From a virus (taxonomy: Duplodnaviria; Caudoviricetes), in the IMG/VR virus record IMGVR_UViG_3300004213_000014, positions 1 through 42,968 of that record: a stretch of 42,968 nt of DNA; one strand, 5' to 3'. The notes beneath the pieces are model-generated. The model saw only the letters and a list, made by a program, of their open reading frames with translations, was not told the DNA's origin and did no database searches. This document shows, piece after piece, positions 27,689-35,800 of this stretch. A program made the translations under genes and the position numbers. Every line of letters starts with the position of its first letter. Within the stretch, counting starts at the first letter, position 1.

Positions 27689-28061
27689 GCATCGCGTTCA
27701 TCGCGGCGATTGCCGCCTCGATGCTGGTGGCACCTTCCGTCACATCCTTCGCGCCATCGGGCGCGCCGGGCCGCGGCGTCGCGCTGCCGCCGAGGGCATG
27801 GTTCAGGACCGACACCAGCGAGTTGTGCTGGGACAGGAGCCGGGCGTCGAGTTCACCGTACTTCCGCTGGATCTTGTTGGTCAGCTCGGTGTAGCTGTGC
27901 CGCCATGTGAGGCGATCCGCTTCCTCCTCGACAACGTCGAAGGCCCAGCAGATCGCTCCCTCAAAGGTCAGGCTTCCGAACCACTTGAGGAGAGGTTCGG
28001 AAGGGCCAGCTTGAACTGCTCCCCGACCGTTCGAAGACCCAGAGTTCGTTTGGCGAAAAAA
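27678..28061 (-). CDS. -1 frameshift extension of tail assembly chaperone (gpGT-like)
   Basis: Open -1 frame entered at slippery T TTT TTC (28061-28055). No good independent start. Confidence 0.65.
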   Translation of the reverse strand, partial: FFRQTNSGSSNGRGAVQAGPSEPLLKWFGSLTFEGAICWAFDVVEEEADRLTWRHSYTELTNKIQRKYGELDARLLSQHNSLVSVLNHALGGSATPRPGAPDGAKDVTEGATSIEAAIAAMNAMLSA

Positions 28062-28357
28062 TACAGGACATGTTGCACCACCCAAGTCAGGAGTGCCTCG
28101 ACCTCGTCGATGTCCAGTTCGACCTCGCCCGGCAGGATCAGGTCGTCAACCGACATGACCGGCTTCTCCAGCGGGGTCAGCATCCGGCGCACGACATAGT
28201 CTTGTGTGATCGGATCGCTCATCACCAGCTGCATCGCCGAGGCCGGGTCGGGCAGCATGCGGCACACGTCCATCAGGAGCGCGTACGGCATCTTCAGCTC
28301 GCGATCGGCGACCTTGAGGATCTTGGGGGGCGGCAACAGGGCAATATTATCCGACAA
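27968..28357 (-). CDS. putative tail assembly chaperone (gpG-like)
   Basis: TTG start with GAGGAG RBS, 129 aa, slippery heptamer near the 3' end. Confidence 0.65.
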   Translation of the reverse strand: MSDNIALLPPPKILKVADRELKMPYALLMDVCRMLPDPASAMQLVMSDPITQDYVVRRMLTPLEKPVMSVDDLILPGEVELDIDEVEALLTWVVQHVLYFFAKRTLGLRTVGEQFKLALPNLSSSGSEA

Positions 28358-28571
28358 CGGCCGGCTCCTCGGTCATGGTGGTCAGCAGCAGATGGCGAAG
28401 CGCGTCATTCAGGGAGATGTGCTTCCCCATGCCGAGCAACACGAGCTGGGTCACCTTCTTGTTGAGATTGGTCCCCTCGTCCTGCGCGAGCTGCGCGATT
28501 TCGAGGTAGAGAGCGAGAGGGACGCGGACCGTGAAACTGCGGTGCGTGTCGGTATCGGATGACTTGGGCAT
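28347..28571 (-). CDS. Arc/HicB-like ribbon-helix-helix protein
   Basis: SFTVRVPLALYLEIAQLAQDEGTNLNKKV; GGAG RBS. Confidence 0.8.
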   Translation of the reverse strand: MPKSSDTDTHRSFTVRVPLALYLEIAQLAQDEGTNLNKKVTQLVLLGMGKHISLNDALRHLLLTTMTEEPAVVG

Positions 28572-28670
28572 AACGCTCCGCAAACGGTGGTCTTTGGTTG
28601 ACAGGGTTCTCGTTGCCGTGGTGCCCCAGAAAAGGCGAGAGGCGGCTGTGAATTATACCGCAGGAGTGCC

Positions 28671-29522
28671 GTGATGGCTGAAGTCCAGAAGTCCGCATTT
28701 TCGCTGTCCGGCGCTACCTTGATGATGGGTCGGGCATTCGTCGACGACGTGTTCGGCCTCACCCCCGACAAGCACTCGGTCGGCATGGCGCAGGAAATCC
28801 GCGTCGTGGTCGACAGCTCGCGCAACGAGCTGCTGAACGGCGTCGCCCAGTCGGTCGTCGATTCCAAGCGCACCAACGTGAAGCCGTCGATCACCGGCAA
28901 CGTGTTCGAATACACGGCACAGAACTTCATGCGGGCGCAGGGCCTGGCCGGCGCGGCGATCACGCCGAAGCGCGGCGTGCTGACCGCCGACGTAACGGCG
29001 GGTGCGGTGTCGCTGACCGTCGCGTCGGACCCCATCCCCGGCGAAACGACCTCGGCGATCACCGCGATCGGCGACATCCCGGCCGGCAGCTCGATCCTGA
29101 TCCAGCTGGCCGACGGCACCGATCTGGTCTTCCCGACCAAGTCGAGTGCCGCGGCGACGGCAGCGGCCCCGAACTTCACGATCCCGATCGCCGGCGATTT
29201 CAAGATCCCGGCGGACATGACCTTCCCGGCCGGATCGAAGGTCTGGATCGTGCAGGAGATCGGCATCGGTGCGATCACCGAGGACGACCTGTTCTGCGTC
29301 AAGGTGAGCGGCAAGCTCGCCAACTTCAACCGCCCGGTCGTGTTCGTCGCCCCGAAGGTGCGCATGGTCAAGGGCTTCGAGGTTGGCTTCAGCGAAACCC
29401 AGTACGGCTCCATGCCGTGGGAGATGTCGCCGCAGCTGATGAGCCGCGGTGAGGTCAGCTCGCTGCCGCGCCTGTCGGAGATCGGGACCAAGCGTTCCGG
29501 CGTCACCTACGTCGGCGGCTAA
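28671..29522 (+). CDS. major tail (tube) protein
   Basis: 283 aa with AGGAG RBS (start may be ATG 28674) and biased codons, followed by a strong terminator. Confidence 0.75.
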   Translation: MMAEVQKSAFSLSGATLMMGRAFVDDVFGLTPDKHSVGMAQEIRVVVDSSRNELLNGVAQSVVDSKRTNVKPSITGNVFEYTAQNFMRAQGLAGAAITPKRGVLTADVTAGAVSLTVASDPIPGETTSAITAIGDIPAGSSILIQLADGTDLVFPTKSSAAATAAAPNFTIPIAGDFKIPADMTFPAGSKVWIVQEIGIGAITEDDLFCVKVSGKLANFNRPVVFVAPKVRMVKGFEVGFSETQYGSMPWEMSPQLMSRGEVSSLPRLSEIGTKRSGVTYVGG

Positions 29523-29543
29523 CCGCTACAGCTTCGGCTGCTC

Positions 29544-29582
29544 GAAGGGCATCTGGGAATTTTCCCAGATGCCCTTCTTTTT
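29544..29582 (+). terminator. Rho-independent terminator built around the TGGGAATTTTCCCA palindrome
   Basis: GAAGGGCATCTGGGA-ATTT-TCCCAGATGCCCTTC-TTTTT. Confidence 0.85.
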
Positions 29583-29716
29583 GTCTAGTTACCGGGTAAC
29601 TTGTATATATTCACTCATCTGGCTTCTAGTTCTTATAAAAATACCCAGCAACCAGACAAAAACCAATCCACAAGGCGCTCGTGACACCCGCGGCGCGTCG
29701 AGAGCAGAGCGGTTCC

Positions 29717-30211
29717 ATGAGCGAGATCCCCGCAGAACACATTGCCGACAGCCACAAGCTGGTCGCCGACGGGCGCATCGACCTGTACCAGCTGACGCCG
29801 TCGGGCGGCACCGGCACGATCTATTTCAAGGCCGACAACGACACGCCGTGGCGCGGCAAGGATTATGAGGGCGTGCCCCTCGGCATGTCCGGCGAGAAGA
29901 AGTCGATCGACACCGGCCTGACCATGCCGAAGCTGACGATCGGTAACGGCGCGATTGACCTGTCCCCGTTCAAGCCGCTGGTGCATGACGGCTACCTCGA
30001 CAACGCTATCATCCTGCGGCAGACGCTGCTGCTCGACAACCTGCTGAACAACCGCAACATCGCGGAGCGGCAGATGTACCGGGTCAAGCGCGTGGAGCAA
30101 TATTCGCGCACCCGGATCATCCTGCAGCTGGCGACGATCTCTGACAGCCTCGGCTTCTCCATGCCGTATCGGCAGTATCTGCCGCCGGCCTTCCCCTCGG
30201 TGCAGATGTGA
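29717..30211 (+). CDS. minor tail protein, gpL-like
   Basis: IDLYQL...TPWRGKDYEGVP...PKLTIGN...PYRQY pattern. Confidence 0.72.
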   Translation: MSEIPAEHIADSHKLVADGRIDLYQLTPSGGTGTIYFKADNDTPWRGKDYEGVPLGMSGEKKSIDTGLTMPKLTIGNGAIDLSPFKPLVHDGYLDNAIILRQTLLLDNLLNNRNIAERQMYRVKRVEQYSRTRIILQLATISDSLGFSMPYRQYLPPAFPSVQM

Positions 30212-30687
30212 CCCTCGAAGATCTGAAATACGAGCACCTGCTCGGCCGCCCGTTCACGGGCCTCGGGCGCGACGATTGTTTGAAACTGTTCCGTGACTTC
30301 TTTAAGGACAACTTCGACATCTCGATCCGCGACTATGCCCGCCCGCACGACTGGTCGTCGGACGAGCTGGACCTGATGCGGCTGTGCTACGAGCGCGAGG
30401 GGTTCGACCAGATTACTGATTGGCGCGTCAAGGATTTGCGGCCGGCCGACGTGCTGTGCGTCGCGGTCGGCGAGGCCAACCCGAACCACTTCGCGATCTT
30501 CGTCGGTAACGATACGATCGTCCACCACCTCTACGGCAAGATGTCGCGCGCGGAACCGTTCCGCGACTTCTGGCGCAACCAGACGGCCTTCATCCTGCGC
30601 CACCCCGCAGTGCCGGACCTGCGGCCAACATACCCTGACACCACCATCAAGGATTTGCTCCGTGCTCGAAACGATCCTGCAGCCTGA
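30208..30687 (+). CDS. NlpC/P60 tail assembly protein (gpK C-domain-like)
   Basis: GRDDCLKLFRDF...NHFAIFVGNDTIVHH. Confidence 0.85.
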   Translation: MTLEDLKYEHLLGRPFTGLGRDDCLKLFRDFFKDNFDISIRDYARPHDWSSDELDLMRLCYEREGFDQITDWRVKDLRPADVLCVAVGEANPNHFAIFVGNDTIVHHLYGKMSRAEPFRDFWRNQTAFILRHPAVPDLRPTYPDTTIKDLLRARNDPAA

Positions 30688-30994
30688 CGACACCGTCGAG
30701 CGGTGCGGCCTCGTCCTCAAGGACGGCAGCATCGTCGAGATCAAGAACATCGCAGAAGACCCGGCCGTTGCCTACGAGATGGACCCGGTCGAGCTGCTGC
30801 CGCACGTCGAGGCCGACAACATCGAGATCATGTGGCACACCCACCCGATAAGCGATCCGGTGCTTTCTGGTGCAGATCGTGAGGGCTTCCTTTGGTGGCC
30901 CGACTTGGTCCACTGCATCATCGGGCGGCGCGATAGCCGCGTAGCGGTTGAGCGATACCGCGTCGAAGATGGATTTGTCCTCGCATGCAGCTGA
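30662..30994 (+). CDS. JAB/MPN metalloprotease (gpK N-domain-like)
   Basis: ERCGLV...WHTHP...SGAD is the JAMM motif. Confidence 0.85.
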   Translation: MLETILQPDDTVERCGLVLKDGSIVEIKNIAEDPAVAYEMDPVELLPHVEADNIEIMWHTHPISDPVLSGADREGFLWWPDLVHCIIGRRDSRVAVERYRVEDGFVLACS

Positions 30995-31530
30995 TCTTTC
31001 ACGGCGAACTGCGCAAGCTGTACGGCCCGTCGGTGACGATGGTCGTGGACACGGTCGCTGAGGCGATCGAGGGCTTCTCGCGTCAGCAGGCCAATTGGCC
31101 GCGCGAGATGCGCATCGCTGTGGTCGGGTTTGACACGAAAGAGAAGCTGCGCACCGCGGCGGACGTTGTTCATGTCATGCCGGCGGCGGCCGGCGGCGGC
31201 GGCAAGTTTGGATCGATTATTCTCGGTGCCGCTTTGATTGTTGCGGCCGTCGCTATCCCCGGCATAGGCACTGCTCTGTCGACCTCGTTGATCGTCAGCG
31301 GTGCAACCATGATTGCGCAGGGTGTGGTCAGCCTGTTTTTGAAAGCTCCCTCTCTAGGCAAGAACGCAGACCCCGACGCCTCGAAATACCTTGGCATCAA
31401 CACGAACACGACAGCTGTGGGCACGCCAATCATCATGGCATGGGGGCGAATTGCGATCGCACCCCATTGGCTCAGCTTGCAGTCGGACAGTACCAATCTG
31501 TCCTACGGCGTGTTCCCAGCGAACCCCTAA
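30985..31530 (+). CDS. tail assembly protein gpI-like (ubiquitin-like N-domain)
   Basis: HGELRKLYG...TVAEAI...VMPAAAGGG, then a hydrophobic helix and GTPIIMAWG. Confidence 0.82.
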   Translation: MQLIFHGELRKLYGPSVTMVVDTVAEAIEGFSRQQANWPREMRIAVVGFDTKEKLRTAADVVHVMPAAAGGGGKFGSIILGAALIVAAVAIPGIGTALSTSLIVSGATMIAQGVVSLFLKAPSLGKNADPDASKYLGINTNTTAVGTPIIMAWGRIAIAPHWLSLQSDSTNLSYGVFPANP

Positions 31531-31539
31531 AGGACGATC

Positions 31540-32811
31540 ATGAGCCGACCATCCATCACCGAGGAGCTGAAGCAGTGGGCTACGCCCAGCCAAGCCATCT
31601 ACATCGACGCCATCCTCGCGGCGAACGGCAATCTCCGAAAAGCCGCTCGCCACTTGGGGAAGCACCACAGCACCCTGCAGGAGTCGATGAGCACGCTGAC
31701 GGCGCGCGCAGCGTCCCGAGGGTACAGTCCTGAACACGAACTTCACCGTGTTGTTCCCGACCCCTTCCTCGTGAAGGGCCATTCGATGCTCGATCGGGTC
31801 GACCCGAAGACCGGCGAGCGCACCAAGATTCTCGAATGGACGAAGACCCGCATCGACGACGCGGTCTGGCTGGAAAACGTCCAGTCCGGCATCAAGGCCT
31901 TCATGGCCGATCAGCCGCCGGTCGCCGTCCCCACGCTCGCGCCGCGCTCGCGCGACAAGGACATCATCCCCTTCGTCCAGATCGGTGATGCCCACCTCGG
32001 CATGCTGGCGCACGAGGCCGAGACGGGCGCGAACTTCGACCTCAAGATCGCCAAGCGCGAACTGCTGGGCGGCATCATCCGGCTGCTGGACGAGAGCGAG
32101 CCGACCGAGCGCATCTTCATCAACGACCTCGGCGATTTCACCCACTACGAGAACATGCGCGGCGAGACGGAGGCGAGCGGCCACAAGCTCGACTTCGACG
32201 GCCGCTTCCCCAAGATGGTCGACACCTACGCGGAGATCATGCGCGTCATCGTCGACCATGCGCTGACCAAGGCGCAGTTCGTCGACATCGCGGTCAACAT
32301 GGGCAACCATAGCCGCACGAACGACATCTGGATGGCGACCCTGCTCAAGCACGTCTACGGCCACACCGGCCGCGTCAACGTGCTGAACAACCGCACGCCC
32401 TTCATTGGCTATCGGATGGGCAACACGTTCGTGATGACCCACCACTCGGACAAGTGCAAGCCGGCGAAGCTCGGCCACGTCATGTCGACCGACTTCGCGC
32501 AGGACTGGGGCGATACGCGGTATCGCTACTGCGACATCGGCCATATCCATCACAACATGGTGCTGAAGGAGCACCCTGGCCTCACGATCGAGAGCTGGAA
32601 CCAGCTGGCCAACAAGGACCAGTATGCGCACGACAACGGCTACCGCGCGCGGCAGGCGATCTCGCTGGTCGAGCGCAGCCGGACGTATGGTGAGCAGCGT
32701 CGGCGCATCCTGCCGATCGAGCAGATCCGCGACAGCATCGAAGCGGCAGCGGTCCGCGCGGGGCACCCGGTGCCATATCGGCCGCAACCGCTTCGCGCCT
32801 TCGCGGTGTAG
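31540..32811 (+). CDS. calcineurin-like metallophosphoesterase with N-terminal HTH
   Basis: GDAHLG, DLGDFTH, MGNH, THHSD and GHIHH motifs. GNLRKAARHLGKHHSTL is HTH-like. Confidence 0.85.
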   Translation: MSRPSITEELKQWATPSQAIYIDAILAANGNLRKAARHLGKHHSTLQESMSTLTARAASRGYSPEHELHRVVPDPFLVKGHSMLDRVDPKTGERTKILEWTKTRIDDAVWLENVQSGIKAFMADQPPVAVPTLAPRSRDKDIIPFVQIGDAHLGMLAHEAETGANFDLKIAKRELLGGIIRLLDESEPTERIFINDLGDFTHYENMRGETEASGHKLDFDGRFPKMVDTYAEIMRVIVDHALTKAQFVDIAVNMGNHSRTNDIWMATLLKHVYGHTGRVNVLNNRTPFIGYRMGNTFVMTHHSDKCKPAKLGHVMSTDFAQDWGDTRYRYCDIGHIHHNMVLKEHPGLTIESWNQLANKDQYAHDNGYRARQAISLVERSRTYGEQRRRILPIEQIRDSIEAAAVRAGHPVPYRPQPLRAFAV

Positions 32812-32818
32812 TAGATAA

Positions 32819-32838
32819 CCCTTGCCTTCGGGCAAGGG
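32819..32838 (+). other. C(UUCG)G tetraloop hairpin before the tape measure gene
   Basis: CCCTTGCC-TTCG-GGCAAGGG, with no U-tract. Confidence 0.6.
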
Positions 32839-32857
32839 CATCCACCAAGGGTAGCGG

Positions 32858-35800
32858 ATGGCAGGCCCCACCGTCGAAGAACAGGTCGTACTCGACGCCG
32901 ATCCTCGCGCGCTCAACGCCGCGATGGCTGCGATCGAGAACAAGATCAAGACCATCGGTGGGATGGTCACCAAGATCGTGCGCGATGCGGAGGCCGGCGG
33001 CAAGGCCTTCGACAACACCCTGATCCAGACGCTGCGCCAGTACCAGAAGGCGCAGGGCGCGCTGTCGACGCTGGCCAACGCCAGCAACACGCCGTCGGGC
33101 CGCATCCAGGATCTGAACGGCAACCGCGCGTTGGCGCGGCAGACCATTCAGGCGACCGAGTACGCGCGCGAGCTGAATGTCGCGCGCAACGCCGTTGAGG
33201 CGTTGCAGGCCAAGATCAACAACCTGAATAAGGCCGCAGCAGCAGGCGGCACGATCACAACCAAGCAGCGCGATCAGCTCAACAACTACCAGCAACAGCT
33301 GACCGTCCTCAAGCAGCTGGACAAGCAGTTCAGCGCGATGACTGACAAGGCGCGTCGCATGAGCGGCGTCGACCTGAGTGCCGAGATCAAGGCCGTCGCT
33401 GATGCGCGCGATCGCGTCGCCAAGGCGGCGCTGTCCGGCCGTCGCGTCAACATTGGCACCGAGCTGAACGGTCTATCCGATGCACAAGCCGCGCTCGCTG
33501 ACCGCATCGCCGCCGCGCGCCGCGCCGAGACGCAGGCGCTGCGCACTTCGCTCCAGGCTCGCAAAGAGCTGGCGATCGCTGACGTGTCGAACCTCAAGGA
33601 GGTTGACGCGCTGGAGCGCGCGCGCACGAACAACGCACGTAAGATGGCGGAAATTCGTGCCGAGCTGCGCACGGCCAACGCCGCTGAGCGCGTCGGTCTG
33701 CTGGAGAACCTGCAGATCGAGAAGGCGCGCGGCGCGCAAATCCGCTCGAACCTGTCGGAAGCGCAGCGCCTCGCGCGCGCCGAAGGCGGTGGTGGAGCGG
33801 GCGGTGGCAGCGCGCCCGGCCGCACCGGCATCGCCAAGTACCTGCCGGCCGGCGGCCTCGCCGCGGTCGGCGTTCGCACGCTCGCCTACGGCGGCATTGC
33901 CGGGGCGGCGTTCGGCGCGGTCAACACCGTTACCGAAGGCGTCGGGTTCGGCATCCAGTTCGAGGATGAGCTGGCCAAGCTGCAGGCGATCGCGAACGCG
34001 ACCACGTCGCAAATGCAGACCCTCAAGGCGTCGATCCTCGACGTCGGCACGTCGTCGCGCTTTTCGGTCATTGATCTGACCAAGATCAGCCAGACGCTGG
34101 CGCAGGCCGGCGTCAGCGCGGGTGAGATGAAGACCGTGCTTGAAGCGGTCACCACCCTCGCCACCGCTTCCGGCTCGACGCCGGATGAGGCCGTAAACCT
34201 CGTCACCGGCGCGCTCGGTGCGTTCCAGCTGCAGGCCAGCGAGACGGCGCGCGTTGCCGACCTGATGACCTCGGCCCTGAACCGCACCAAGCTGACGGTG
34301 CAGCAGGTTGGTCAGGCCATCCAGTACGTCGGTGCAACCGCGTTCGAGCAGAACGTGACGCTTGAAGACCTGCTGGCCACCGTCGGCGCGATGGCGCAGG
34401 CGGGCATCAAGTCCGGTTCGACCATCGGCACCGGCCTGCGGCAGCTGCTGGTCGACTTGGCCGACCCGAGCAAGAAGCTGGTCGAGCAGCTGAAGGCCGT
34501 CGGCCTGACCGCGGCCGACGTGAACGTGTCGGTCCACGGCGAAGCTCAGGTGCTGGAGACGCTGAAGACGGCGGGCTTCGGCGCAGGTCAGGCGTATGCC
34601 GGCCTGGAGACGCGCGCCGCCGCGGCCTATCTCGTTCTGAAGAACAACGTCGACGTGATGGATCAGCTGAAGTTGTCCTTCGCAGAGCAGGGTGCCGCTG
34701 CGACCGCCAACGAGCGCGCGATGGACTCGCTCACCGCCCAATGGCAGCGGTTCAAGAATATCCTCGCCGACGGCTTCTCGGACGACCTCGACGGCCTGCT
34801 GGTCCGCGCGAAGGACTTCCTGCGCTGGGTCAACGACACCATGTCGCAGAAGAAGGGGGCCGATGCTTTCTCCTTCAGCGTCAGCGACCCGATCGGCACG
34901 GGCTACGGCAGCGACCGGTACAAGAACAACTGGGGCGAGATCGGTCGCTTCTTCGCCTACGAGAACGAGAACCTTCTCCCTGACACCCTGAAGTCGATCT
35001 ATAAGATCCAGAACGCTGCGCTCGATCTAATGACGCCTCGCTTCTGGATCGGCGGCGAGGGCATGGGGCAGGCGCTCGATCGCTATAACAAGAACCTCGG
35101 CCAGACCCATGACAGCATGGAGAAGCTGCAGACCAAGCTGACCGGCTTCAATGAGAAGGCGGACAAGCAGCGCGGCCTCATCAGCGAGGTCGACAAGGAG
35201 ATGTCGCGGCTGTCCGTCCAGCACGGTAGTCTGGAGGGTCACACCACGCGCACGACCGCGGAGACGGTCACGCTCATGTCGAAGTTTGAAGGGCTGTCCA
35301 AGTACCTCGTCGGCGTGACGGGCGACTACGGCTCGCTGATGAACGCCATGCGTCAGTACCGCGCCGAGGCGTCCGGCACGATGCAGACGATCCTGTCCGG
35401 CCAGATTTCGGCGCAGGGTCAGGTCGCGTCGGCGGCGCTCGCCGCCGGGCGCGGTGTCCGCTCGCGCATCTTCGGCAACTCGGCTCTCATGAGCCAGCTG
35501 CGCCCGAACGAGCGCGCCGCGCTCCAGCAGCCGCGTGACCCCGCGAACGCCCGCATCATCGCCGAGGCCGGTGAGCGTCTGAACAACAACGATCTGCGTG
35601 AGCTGTCCAAGCAGCTCGGCATTAACGCGCAGGCGCTGGGCGAGCAGCGGGTCGCCACGTCGCAGCTGAATGCGACGATGACGCAGAACACCGCCGCTGG
35701 CCAGAGCCTGACCGATCGCACGGCCAAGGCTGAAGCCGGTCTGGCCGAGCTTGCCGGTCTGAATGGCAAGGCGCGCACGTCGAAGGCCAACGAGGCGCGC

